From Candidatus Omnitrophota bacterium (GTDB taxonomy: Bacteria > Omnitrophota > Gorgyraeia > 2-01-FULL-45-10), in the NCBI GenBank assembly GCA_026387175.1, contig JAPLME010000007.1, positions 128,487 through 192,486 of the forward strand: a stretch of DNA of 64,000 nt, in the 5' to 3' direction. A model generated the notes under the pieces. The model was given only the letters and a program-made list of their open reading frames with translations, was not told the origin of the DNA and made no database searches. Below are positions 9,117 to 18,370 of this stretch, piece by piece; position 1 is the first letter of the stretch, and each line of letters starts with the position of its first letter. A program made the translations under genes and the position numbers.

Positions 9117-9646
9117 GTATTATTCAGGAGGCGCTGGAAAAAGCGCAATCGGATGTAAAGGATGTAAAGCCTGCCGTGCAGGAAATTGCGAAGGCATCCG
9201 GAGTTAAGAAAGCGCCTGTGACTAAAAAGGCGCCTATAGCTAACAAGAGAGCGCTGATGGCGGTTGTGCTTTTAGCTCTTATGACCTTTGCGGTGTTTTC
9301 AGCCGGAAGATTTTTATCAAAGATAGGCGATAGAACGGACAGGACGAGCGCCGCGAACTCGCAGGAAGTCAGCTACAGGCCTCTTGTCAGGGATCAAGCG
9401 AAGAGCCCTAATACTGCCGGCAGTCGGGAACAGATAAGCGTTTCCCCGGAAAACCTGAAGGCGCCGGAGAGCCCGAAGCTCGTTTTAAACGGAATAATGT
9501 ATTTGGATGACGGCCCGAGAGCGATAATAAACAATTTTATAGTAGGATTGGGTGACTCGGTGAGCGGCGCGAAAGTTACCAGGATAAACCGCCAAAGCGT
9601 TATTCTTGAATATCAGAATGTGGAGATAACGCTTAGCTTAAAGTGA
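9101..9646 (+). CDS. Membrane-anchored GspB/ExeB-like C-terminal domain protein
   Basis: 16-nt overlap with exeA. Single TM helix. C-terminal LNGIMY..PRAIINNFIVGLGDSVSGAKV resembles the GspB C-terminal domain. Confidence 0.45.
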   Translation: MFTEMSIIQEALEKAQSDVKDVKPAVQEIAKASGVKKAPVTKKAPIANKRALMAVVLLALMTFAVFSAGRFLSKIGDRTDRTSAANSQEVSYRPLVRDQAKSPNTAGSREQISVSPENLKAPESPKLVLNGIMYLDDGPRAIINNFIVGLGDSVSGAKVTRINRQSVILEYQNVEITLSLK

Positions 9647-10097
9647 GCTCGAGCTTATGGATATTGAAACCGCTTACCGATAGAGTGTCGGTTTCCTTGA
9701 AGCCTTTTTTGATGCATAGCTTCATCGCGTCCGACATCCTGTCGGTGCATCTGAAGCAAATCTTCTTGTAATTATTCTTCCTGCAAAAATCAATCGCTTT
9801 TTCAATGAGTTCCGATCCGTAACCGTGGCGGCGGCGTTTTACATCAACGAACAACCTGCGTAATAAAGCTGTATCGCTGGTCTCCATCTTGACCCCGACG
9901 GTTCCCGCTACCTGGGAGCCTTCATCAATGACAAAGAACGCGTCTTTTTTTCCCCCGTATGTCTCGCCGATCTTTTCCAGATCGCTGTCGGAGTAAGCGG
10001 ACTTATCAAAAGGATATTCTCCGGCGAGTATACCGAGTATCAGTTCTTTTACGCTGTTGGCGTCGCTCTTTTTATATGCTCTTAAAGTATGTTCCAT
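9633..10097 (-). CDS. GNAT family N-acetyltransferase
   Basis: Acetyl-CoA binding motif RRHGYGSELI. Confidence 0.7.
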   Translation of the reverse strand: MEHTLRAYKKSDANSVKELILGILAGEYPFDKSAYSDSDLEKIGETYGGKKDAFFVIDEGSQVAGTVGVKMETSDTALLRRLFVDVKRRRHGYGSELIEKAIDFCRKNNYKKICFRCTDRMSDAMKLCIKKGFKETDTLSVSGFNIHKLELTLS

Positions 10098-10120
10098 AGT
10101 TCGAGTCCTCCGGTAAGAAT

Positions 10121-11215
10121 TTAGATTTTAATATAGCCTTTCAAGGCGTTGCGTATGACCGAACCGGCCACACCATCAACCACTCTAGCGCTGCCTATCC
10201 TGCTTGCCAGAATGAAACGGTTCCTGCCGTCCGCAAATTTCTTATCATGAAGATGGGCCTCATAAACCTTCGAGATCGCCAGTCCTTTTATTGAGACGGG
10301 CAGTCCGACTTTCTTGATGAGCCTCTCCACCCTATCGGCTTCCGATTCTTTGATAAGTCCAAGATCGGAGGCTATGCGGCCTGCCGCCAGCATGCCTATT
10401 GCTATCGCCTCCCCGTGTCCGTATCTGTCGGAGTAACCGGCTGCCGCTTCTACGGCATGTCCTATGGTGTGCCCGTAATTTAATACGGCCCTGACGCGTT
10501 TTCTGTCGAGTTCGTCTTTGGCTACGATGTCGGATTTGATCTTGCCGGATCTCGACACTATGTACTCAAGCGCGCCTTCTTCAAGCTTCATTATTCTTTT
10601 GTAATTTGATTCAAGGTACCCGAATAGCGCGGCATCTTTTATGACGCCGTATTTTATTATTTCGGCGAGACCATTTCGTATCTGTCTGACTGAAAGCGTC
10701 CGCATAGCCGACACATCGGATATAACCGCTTTTGGCTGATAAAAAGAGCCGACCAGGTTCTTTGCTACGTCCAGGTCCACGCCCACTTTTCCGCCTATCG
10801 AGGAGTCCACCTGCGCCAGTAGTGTCGTGGGTATCTGCACATAAGGGACGCCTCTCTTATATATAGAGGCGACGAAACCCGCAAGATCTCCTACGACCCC
10901 GCCGCCTAGAGCTATTATGAAGATGCGCTTATTGAGGTCATAGCGGCTTAACCTGTTCAATACGTCTGAGGCAACGGATAGAGATTTTGCCTTCTCAGAA
11001 TCGGCTATAAACTCGAAATGCGCTGTGAAGGAATTTCGCTTAAGGGTCTTTTCGATGGCACGCTTATAGAGAGCCGCTACACGGCGGTTTGTGATGACTA
11101 CGGCGTCCGATCCGACATCAAGATTTTTAAGTATGCGTCCGCACTTACCGATCAGGCCGCGGCCTATCAGTATATCATACGAGCGCTCTCCGAGCCGGAC
11201 TCTTATTTTCTTCAT
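10121..11215 (-). CDS. aroB: 3-dehydroquinate synthase
   Basis: Full-length DHQ synthase: GGGVVGDLAGF nucleotide-binding motif and metal-binding His cluster. Confidence 0.9.
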   Translation of the reverse strand: MKKIRVRLGERSYDILIGRGLIGKCGRILKNLDVGSDAVVITNRRVAALYKRAIEKTLKRNSFTAHFEFIADSEKAKSLSVASDVLNRLSRYDLNKRIFIIALGGGVVGDLAGFVASIYKRGVPYVQIPTTLLAQVDSSIGGKVGVDLDVAKNLVGSFYQPKAVISDVSAMRTLSVRQIRNGLAEIIKYGVIKDAALFGYLESNYKRIMKLEEGALEYIVSRSGKIKSDIVAKDELDRKRVRAVLNYGHTIGHAVEAAAGYSDRYGHGEAIAIGMLAAGRIASDLGLIKESEADRVERLIKKVGLPVSIKGLAISKVYEAHLHDKKFADGRNRFILASRIGSARVVDGVAGSVIRNALKGYIKI

Positions 11216-11229
11216 AGAGGATGATGAAA

Positions 11230-11550
11230 TTATTTTGCCGTCTTCTTGGCATCACTGCCGGCAGCCGGTTTCACCGGGCCTTTAGCCGGAGCGGTCTTTT
11301 CGGCAGAAGCGCCCGTGGCTGCGCCCGGAGCCGCCGGTGCGGCCGCGCCTTCGGCAGCGGTTTCGGTTGCGGCCGCCTTCTCTTTTTTAACTTTGAACTT
11401 AACTATCTTGATCTTGGGCAATTTATATACAGAATCTTTTTCCGTCCACTTATCTTTATCCTTCAGTATCTTTACTCTCTCGTATCTTTTTAGAACTGAT
11501 CTTTGCGCTTTATCTTTATCCGACGAGCGCAGGCTTGGATGCTGTGACAT
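11230..11550 (-). CDS. Small basic protein with Ala/Pro-rich C-terminal tail
   Basis: ORF preceded by leader-element copy 2, which supplies the SD. Lys-rich N-terminus. Confidence 0.4.
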   Translation of the reverse strand: MSQHPSLRSSDKDKAQRSVLKRYERVKILKDKDKWTEKDSVYKLPKIKIVKFKVKKEKAAATETAAEGAAAPAAPGAATGASAEKTAPAKGPVKPAAGSDAKKTAK

Positions 11551-11555
11551 ACTTC

Positions 11556-11611
11556 CTCCTAGTTTATTCAGTCGTATTGCAGGCTAAGTGCCGATATCTC
11601 TGATATCGGCC
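11556..11611 (-). repeat. Repeated leader element, copy 2 (hairpin 11590-11610)
   Basis: Same 55-56 nt consensus. Loop is TCT/AGA instead of CCT/AGG. Confidence 0.85.
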
Positions 11612-11626
11612 CGTTTATCCTTCAAC

Positions 11627-12250
11627 TTACCTTGGTTTAAGCATTGCGTCTTTGTAAATGCTTTTTACTCTGGCCAGGTCTCTCTCGGCTTCGGCACTGT
11701 TAGCGTAGATCCCAACGCATACTCTATAGTAAAACTGACTGTACGTTACAGCGGCGTTAAGGCCCTGCCGGGCCAGTACCGCGCAAGCGGCCTCGGCATT
11801 CTCCCGCTTGGTGAATGTGCCGGCGAGTATTGTGAAAGGCTTAGAGGCCTTACCGATGGCCGCTGTTTTTGCCTGCTCTTGAATTATCTGCCTGGCAGGC
11901 GCCATATTCTTCGCGGCAGGAACTATAGGCGCCGTATTCAATATGTTCTTAGCCGGAATGGTGGCCGGGCGGTTCTGCTGGGCCTGGGAGACAGGAGGTG
12001 ATGGCAGAGGTTTCGTTACTTGAGCGCCGGTCGTGTCCGCGCGGGACTTCCCGCTTTCGACGCCCAAAGCATACACTACCACCATCACCATCATTATCCC
12101 TATTGAAATGAATACCAGCTTCTCCAGGCTGATAGTGATGGCGACCCTGCCTTCGAAATCAGCTTTTGGCAGCATGTCCGACAGGCGCGAAAAAGATCTT
12201 TTTGGCTGTTCAAACTCAAACAGTTTTTTTTGGTACTTTTCCTCTTCCAT
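11627..12250 (-). CDS. SPOR domain protein (DamX/DedD-like, peptidoglycan-binding)
   Basis: N-terminal TM. C-terminal SPOR fold (ILAGTFTKRENAEA...YRVCVGIYANSAEAE). Position upstream of aroB mirrors the E. coli aroB-damX linkage. Confidence 0.65.
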   Translation of the reverse strand: MEEEKYQKKLFEFEQPKRSFSRLSDMLPKADFEGRVAITISLEKLVFISIGIMMVMVVVYALGVESGKSRADTTGAQVTKPLPSPPVSQAQQNRPATIPAKNILNTAPIVPAAKNMAPARQIIQEQAKTAAIGKASKPFTILAGTFTKRENAEAACAVLARQGLNAAVTYSQFYYRVCVGIYANSAEAERDLARVKSIYKDAMLKPR

Positions 12251-12272
12251 AGCTCCGGTCTAATTTTTGCGT

Positions 12273-12297
12273 ATTATAACATACAATTTTTGAAAAA
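12273..12297 (-). promoter_or_regulatory. Sigma70-like promoter (TTGCTT-N17-TGtTATAAT) for the SPOR gene
   Basis: Perfect extended -10. GGAG SD just before ATG 12250. Confidence 0.45.
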
Positions 12298-12561
12298 GCA
12301 ATTATGATAGGCTGCGAAAATATCTTATAAGCATCTCAATCTGGCGTTTACTTTCGGTCAATGCTTCCGCTTGCCGCTCGCTCGGAATAGGCTTCCTCGC
12401 TCGCTGTTGCTAAAATTCCGATGGTGAAGCCTGGACCGCCTGTAGGTATCGGAATTTTAGAAAGTCGCTCCAGCATCGCCCGAAAGTTCCGCCATCTGAC
12501 GATAGCTGGAGAGATATTTTCGCCTCCGCCCCGCAAGGGACTAACTCGAAAATTAAAAATC

Positions 12562-13275
12562 TTACTGCTTGACTCCAATGTTGAGCCTGAAGAGCTTGCC
12601 GGTCACCTTGATAGAGGGTTTTGACAGATCGCCTTCAAGTTTTAATGCAAGACTCTTCCATCCATCAGCTTCACCCTTTAGCGCCATGCTTGTTAATTCA
12701 GCCGGTATTTTGCCGGATAAACCTTTCGCAAAATATATCGTTATATCGGCGTTGATAATGTTGCCGTTTGTTAAGGTGCCGTCGAATGAAAACCTGATCT
12801 CGTCGCCTGAAGCCAGAAAGTCTTTTAAGCTTATGCCGTTTTTTATCATACTGATCTTGCCCGAGACGGTCTTATATTTTAACAGGCCGCTGAATGGCGC
12901 AGCTAGAAGGTCATCGATATTATTGTATGAAATCTCTTTCCCTGAACCTTTCTTAATGAACCGGACATCGCTTAAAACAAAATCGGCCGTGGCTTCAAGC
13001 GGGGACGGTTTATCAAATACCAGTTTTATGCTGGCTCCGGATGACGATAATCCGATCCCTTGATCGTGCCGGGCGGCTTTCAGATCCTTAAATATGAACT
13101 CCGTAAAACCGCCGGCGATGGCCTGTCTGTACGAAATATCTATATTGTTCGATCTGGCGAATATGAATGCGGCTATCTGGGCGTAAAAGACGGCGATGCA
13201 GGCTATTGATAGCGATAAAAAAATAACGGCTGTAAATATCATCTTTTTCGTATGTCCCATCCTCACCTCCAGCAT
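12562..13275 (-). CDS. Hypothetical membrane-anchored protein
   Basis: N-terminal TM helix. No recognisable motif. Confidence 0.4.
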   Translation of the reverse strand: MLEVRMGHTKKMIFTAVIFLSLSIACIAVFYAQIAAFIFARSNNIDISYRQAIAGGFTEFIFKDLKAARHDQGIGLSSSGASIKLVFDKPSPLEATADFVLSDVRFIKKGSGKEISYNNIDDLLAAPFSGLLKYKTVSGKISMIKNGISLKDFLASGDEIRFSFDGTLTNGNIINADITIYFAKGLSGKIPAELTSMALKGEADGWKSLALKLEGDLSKPSIKVTGKLFRLNIGVKQ

Positions 13276-16200
13276 ATGTTATCGAAATCGCATTTCGCGC
13301 AAATATTCTCATCGCGCGTTTTCAATTTTTCAAATCTCAACTTCTTTATATCGCTCCATACATCTTTTATGATCCCCTCAAGCTCGGCGACCATCTCATC
13401 CGTGATGTAGACCGATTTTGATATGTAGTCGCCTTTTTTTAATGATGAACGCGCTATATTTGCCGATACGGGTTCGATGAATACCAGCGTCAGGCTGGCC
13501 GCCTTCCTTCCCCTAGATTCTTTCCTGTCCCTCTCGAATAATAATTTATACGCGGCCAGCTGCCTTAAATATCCGTCACAATCCGCGCTTGCCAGATCTT
13601 TCGACTGATCGATATTCTTTATATGATTGTCGGGCTTGCCCGTCTTATAGTCCAGTATCCTCACTAAACCTTTATCCTCATCTTCCCACTCGACTTTGTC
13701 GTATTTGCCCGTGAAGATTATATTGTCGCCTATGGTTATCATAAGCTTCTTTTCCAGGTCTATAGGCACTACGGGGTGCATAGATTCGCGGTCGAACCAG
13801 CCTTTCAATGTCTTCATTTTATTGAGACAGTCGTTCTCCATCGATTTATCGACCCCCTGAAATTTAAGCTCCCGCCTGAAAGCGTCCTGGAAAAATTTCA
13901 GAGATGGGAAGACGCGCTTATCCATGTACTCCCTGTATGTTTCTTCCAGGGCCTTATGCACGCAATTACCGAAGACGAGGCTTTTCTTTTTTTGCCCGGG
14001 AAGCTTCAGTATGTCGTCGTAGAGAAATTTTCTCCTGCAGGTTATATAGTTATTCAGCCGGGTGGGGTTAAGGGTCAGGCTGGAGATCATATCTTTAAGA
14101 ACCTCGTCTGTGCCTATAAACGGGTCCTCAAGGTCTGTAATCTTGAGCGACTTGCCTACCAGGGTTTCCTCATCCTCGCCCTGGCCCTTCGCGCCGTCTT
14201 TAGAAATACCGAGTTTATCAAGATACGAAGATGAGATATTATCTTCCGAGGGGCTCGCTGTGAATATCAGGTCCGATTTAGCGCGAGTCATGGCGACATA
14301 AAAAAGGCGCGTCTCATCCTGCAGTGAAAGCTTCTTTAAAGCGTCTTTATCCGGATACTCTCTCTTATTCTTAAAAAGGTCGAACGGCAGCGGGATCTTA
14401 TCGGGGAACGCCCGCGCGGGCCAATTCTTATTTTGAAGGCAGAAAGGTATCATAACGGAACGGAATTCCAGGCCCTTGGACCCATGCGCGGTATATACCC
14501 TGACGCCCTCTTGAGTCAGCGTTACCAGGTCCCCCTGGATCGGGATGCCGTGGTTTTTCCTGGTCTCTATTTCGCTCAGAAATTCGCCCAGCCTTATCGC
14601 AGGATCGGCCAAGTCGCTTCTCTTCACCATATTTATGAACGATCCTATGCTCCTGAGCTGCCTTATCCTCAATATGCCGTTATCGGAATACTCCTTCAGG
14701 ATATATTTATAGATGCCGGCGTCTTTTATGAAATTGATAAGCAGTGTATGCACCGGTATGTCGTAAGCGTCTCTGAGTAACCGTTTAACGGCTTCGAACG
14801 CGCGCCTTGACTTTTCCGGCGAGGCTAATCTTAAATCATCTTTTTCCGATGAAAAATAGGAGAGGAACTCCGTCAGGAGCGTCTTACTCCCTGGCGCCCT
14901 TTTCCTTTTTTCGTAAGCGTAATTTATAAACCTGAGCAGGTCCGCCTGCGGTATCCGGAAGTAGTCCGCGGCGAGGACCTTATAGAGCGCGGTATCTTTT
15001 GATTCCGTATCTATTGGGTCTATGTGCGCAAGCTGTAATACGTCCAGAAGCTGTCCGACGCGTTTCTCCTGGCCGATATCCTCTTTGCCGTCTGTGGCAT
15101 AGGGTATGCCTTGGCGCAGAAAGGCGTCTATTATTTTCAGTATATGGTCCCGTTTTCTCACCAGGACGGCTATACCGTTATAAGGGTGCTTGCGCTCTTC
15201 GGCGCTTAAGGCGGCATCGCTCTCGGCCCTGGCCTTGAGTTCCTTAACTCTGTCGGTTATATAGAGCAATTCCTCCTCTTCTGTAGAGAACTCCCTATAG
15301 GTAAGCTCTTTATCCTTGAAGCGCCTGACACTATTAAGCGTCTTATCCGCTACCCGTATATCCAGAAGATGCGATATCTTTCCGGAAGCAGCTATCAGGT
15401 CACCTGAGGAGCGGTAATTATCCGTCAGGAAGACCTTCTCTATAGCGGGGAACCTCTCTTCCAGTCTTTTAAAATTATCTATATTCGCGCCCTGGAAGCG
15501 GTATATCGACTGGTCGTCATCGCCCACGCAGCAAATGTTGGCCTTGGCGCCTTCGGCCAGTTCGAAGAGCAGGTCAAGCTGCGCGCCGTTTGTGTCCTGG
15601 TATTCATCGACCATAATGTATTTATAGCGATCCCTATATTCTTTGCGCAAGTTCTCTTCTTTTCTTATGGCCATGACCGCGAATATGATCATATCATCGA
15701 AATCATATCTCCCGCGCTCATCCAGGAGGCCCTTGGCCCCTGCCTCTTTGATCTCCTCATATCTTTCATATACGATGGAAAGCGCCTTCAGCCTGTTTAT
15801 GTATTTCTCCTCCATCGAAAGGTAATGGCTCTTCTTGTCTTTTAAATAACGTTTAAGGTCCTCCGGCGTCACATCGTCTTTCTTCATATCGCTTATCTTT
15901 TTCAATATATCCTTAAGATATGTATAGGGTGACCTGAACGGCCTGATCTCGTCCAATCCGTCGGTATTATTCAATATATATTCGATCACTTTCACATGCT
16001 CAACCTCATCCATCAGTATCTTATCTCCGATATAGTTGGCGGCCTCTACGGATTCCTGGAGCATCGAATTCGCGAAACTGTGAAATGTGCCCACCTCGAC
16101 ATCGTAGCCGGAAGGGCCTATCACTGACGCGAGCCTCTCCTTCATGGCTTTCGCGGCAGGGTTGGTATATGTGAGTATGAGTATATTCTCCGGACGGATA

Positions 16201-16355
16201 TCGGTCTTTCGGAGGATCGACGCAGCCCTCACCGAAAGCAGCTGGGTCTTGCCTGTGCCGGGACCGGCGAGCACAAGAAGAGGTCCCTCTATGGTATCGA
16301 CGGCGATCTTCTGCTTCGTATTCAATTGTTCGTAAAATTTCAAATTAGTCTCCAT
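13263..16355 (-). CDS. UvrD/PcrA-family helicase fused to a C-terminal Cas4/AddB-like PD-(D/E)xK nuclease with Fe-S Cys cluster
   Basis: Walker A GPGTGKTQ, helicase motifs. C-terminal nuclease region with Cys tetrad (YITC...CAKCDFDNIC). Confidence 0.8.
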   Translation of the reverse strand: METNLKFYEQLNTKQKIAVDTIEGPLLVLAGPGTGKTQLLSVRAASILRKTDIRPENILILTYTNPAAKAMKERLASVIGPSGYDVEVGTFHSFANSMLQESVEAANYIGDKILMDEVEHVKVIEYILNNTDGLDEIRPFRSPYTYLKDILKKISDMKKDDVTPEDLKRYLKDKKSHYLSMEEKYINRLKALSIVYERYEEIKEAGAKGLLDERGRYDFDDMIIFAVMAIRKEENLRKEYRDRYKYIMVDEYQDTNGAQLDLLFELAEGAKANICCVGDDDQSIYRFQGANIDNFKRLEERFPAIEKVFLTDNYRSSGDLIAASGKISHLLDIRVADKTLNSVRRFKDKELTYREFSTEEEELLYITDRVKELKARAESDAALSAEERKHPYNGIAVLVRKRDHILKIIDAFLRQGIPYATDGKEDIGQEKRVGQLLDVLQLAHIDPIDTESKDTALYKVLAADYFRIPQADLLRFINYAYEKRKRAPGSKTLLTEFLSYFSSEKDDLRLASPEKSRRAFEAVKRLLRDAYDIPVHTLLINFIKDAGIYKYILKEYSDNGILRIRQLRSIGSFINMVKRSDLADPAIRLGEFLSEIETRKNHGIPIQGDLVTLTQEGVRVYTAHGSKGLEFRSVMIPFCLQNKNWPARAFPDKIPLPFDLFKNKREYPDKDALKKLSLQDETRLFYVAMTRAKSDLIFTASPSEDNISSSYLDKLGISKDGAKGQGEDEETLVGKSLKITDLEDPFIGTDEVLKDMISSLTLNPTRLNNYITCRRKFLYDDILKLPGQKKKSLVFGNCVHKALEETYREYMDKRVFPSLKFFQDAFRRELKFQGVDKSMENDCLNKMKTLKGWFDRESMHPVVPIDLEKKLMITIGDNIIFTGKYDKVEWEDEDKGLVRILDYKTGKPDNHIKNIDQSKDLASADCDGYLRQLAAYKLLFERDRKESRGRKAASLTLVFIEPVSANIARSSLKKGDYISKSVYITDEMVAELEGIIKDVWSDIKKLRFEKLKTRDENICAKCDFDNICWR

Positions 16356-16383
16356 AACGTGCGGATAGCGAGGTAAGGAAAGT

Positions 16384-16650
16384 TTAAGCAGGTTTTTTCT
16401 TAAGCAGCTTACCTATCTTCGATATAAGCTTGGCATCGCGCGTGTAGCTGTACCCTGTGGTGGACGTCGCGCGATGGGCAACGAGGATATCAAAGGATGT
16501 CAGGTCTTCAAGGGCTCTCTTGACTTTGCTCCTGTCTTCACCGATCCAGGCGGCGACTCCGCGCGGCGTATCTATCGATGCCTGGTTCTCGTGAAAAAAC
16601 TTTACTATTTTCAACCGTATGCCGCTCACCAGCGCTTTATTTAGATCCAT
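16384..16650 (-). CDS. Small hypothetical protein (possible wHTH)
   Basis: 88 aa. Overlaps the HD-GYP gene start by 14 nt. Confidence 0.35.
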   Translation of the reverse strand: MDLNKALVSGIRLKIVKFFHENQASIDTPRGVAAWIGEDRSKVKRALEDLTSFDILVAHRATSTTGYSYTRDAKLISKIGKLLKKKPA

Positions 16651-18160
16651 GCAGTTCTTTCTTAAGGATACCCCTTATATCTTTTTTAGCCATTACTTTT
16701 AAGAATGCGTTTACGACTTTTGGATCGAATTGCGTTCCCGAGTTACTTGATATCTCTTCGACGGCTTCGTCAATTGACTTAGCGACACGGTAAGGCCTCT
16801 TAGTGATCATGGATTCGAATGCGCTCACCACGGCCATTATCCTTGCGCCGAGCGGTATCTGGTCCCGCTTGAGCCCCTTAGGATAGCCCGTGCCGTCATA
16901 ATTCTCATGGTGGTACATTATTATGGGGGTGACGGATTTGAGGGCCTTCATATGTTTTATTATCTCGACGCCTGCGGCGGGATGGGCTTTCACCATCTCG
17001 TACTCTTTACCCGTAAGCTTTGAGGGCTTCGCCAGCACGGCCTTTGGGACGAATACTTCGCCCGCATCGTGCAGCACGCATGCGTATTCCAGGCTCTTCA
17101 GCGAGCCGATGTCCACATGCAGCTCCTGTCCCATAAATAGCGCCAGCTTTACAAGGGATACCCTGGGCACATAGGTGCCCGGAGACCTGGTATCAAGCAC
17201 TTTGGCGAGAGCCTTGATGGCGCCCATCGTAAGCTTCTCCTGCTCTTTGTAGAGCTGGGCGTTCTTTATGGCTATGACCGCCTGCTCCGCCAGCGTCGAC
17301 ATTATCTCCTGATCGAATGCGGTGAAAGGCTTTTTATCGATCTTGTCATATAGCGTTATGACGCCGATCACGTCTTCGTCTATCAGGGGAGTGGCCAGAT
17401 AATCGCGGCCCCGTACGGGCCTGCCGTATTTGAAGGCCTTGCCCGGAGCCCACATGCCTACCTTTACTTTTTTCAGGCGGATCTTCTTTGCCCGTAAATC
17501 TACCGTGACTTTAGGAAGGAGAACCTTTCGCTTTGAATCCACAAGCTTTACCGAACAGCGCTGAGATCTCATTATCTGCAGAGAGAGCCTCGCGATGCGC
17601 GGCAAGAGCTCTCCCAGATCCAGCGTTGAGCTTATCAGGCGATGGACCGTATGGACCGTCGACAGGGCTATGGCTCTGGGCCTGAGCGTTTCGTATAACT
17701 TTGACAGCTCGATCTCCTTCTGGACCTCTTTCACTATAGTGTCCGCGAATGCGGGGAATATCTGCAGCGTCTCAGGGGAAACGTCTTTTTTGGAATAACA
17801 GGCGCCGATATACCCGTAGATCTTGTCACCTTGTATTATCGGAAAAACGAATCCGTGAAATCCGCCTGCGCATTCGAAGCTTAAGAGCTTCTTAAGTTCG
17901 GTGGATTTTTTTATTACTTCGGAAAGGCGAGTAAAGCAAATGTATCTTTTTTCTGAAAAGATTTTTTTGGAATTAGGGCAATTCTCCGATAACAAGCTTT
18001 CGATCTCTCTTGGTTTCGGATTAGCTTTGTCAATAATCCACCAGAAAGCAGGTTTCATGATGCCCCCGAAACACTCCTCCGCCCGCTTCAGGCTTATGCT
18101 TTTCCGTAACCGCTCGAATAGTTCGTCTTGGTACGAACTTTGGCTTTTAGCTTGTTCCAT
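16637..18160 (-). CDS. GAF domain-containing HD-GYP phosphodiesterase (c-di-GMP)
   Basis: HD (VLHDAGE) and GYP (HHENYDGTGYPKGL) signatures. Central GAF-like region. Confidence 0.8.
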   Translation of the reverse strand: MEQAKSQSSYQDELFERLRKSISLKRAEECFGGIMKPAFWWIIDKANPKPREIESLLSENCPNSKKIFSEKRYICFTRLSEVIKKSTELKKLLSFECAGGFHGFVFPIIQGDKIYGYIGACYSKKDVSPETLQIFPAFADTIVKEVQKEIELSKLYETLRPRAIALSTVHTVHRLISSTLDLGELLPRIARLSLQIMRSQRCSVKLVDSKRKVLLPKVTVDLRAKKIRLKKVKVGMWAPGKAFKYGRPVRGRDYLATPLIDEDVIGVITLYDKIDKKPFTAFDQEIMSTLAEQAVIAIKNAQLYKEQEKLTMGAIKALAKVLDTRSPGTYVPRVSLVKLALFMGQELHVDIGSLKSLEYACVLHDAGEVFVPKAVLAKPSKLTGKEYEMVKAHPAAGVEIIKHMKALKSVTPIIMYHHENYDGTGYPKGLKRDQIPLGARIMAVVSAFESMITKRPYRVAKSIDEAVEEISSNSGTQFDPKVVNAFLKVMAKKDIRGILKKELHGSK

Positions 18161-18370
18161 AAGTATTTTTATTATAAAACTTTACAGAGAAGGCTGTCAA
18201 TCTCTATTTAAAATTTGCTGTTCAGGCTTGCCACGCCGAGGTCCTCTATGGATGCGGTGGTATTTTTGCCTATTACGAGGCCTCCGTCTTTCAGGGGAAT
18301 TTTAGCGCAGGAAGCGCAAAAGAATAGCAAGAGGCAGGCCGCTGCCGATATCTTGGCGATGTCAAAAACC

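Noticed and set aside
12300-12561. RNase P RNA, tmRNA, SRP RNA or tRNA in the structured gap
   Set aside because: None of the expected motifs is present in either orientation: GGAAAGTCCGGGCTCC and GGTGCGGTAAGAGCGCACC for RNase P, a tag-peptide ORF ending in ALAA, or a GTTCGAATC T-loop. Left as unclassified.
12348-12624. ORFs 12348..12578 (-) and 12421..12624 (+) inside the 12.3-12.56 kb gap
   Set aside because: Both overlap the neighbouring real gene and have biased, structure-driven composition. More likely non-coding.
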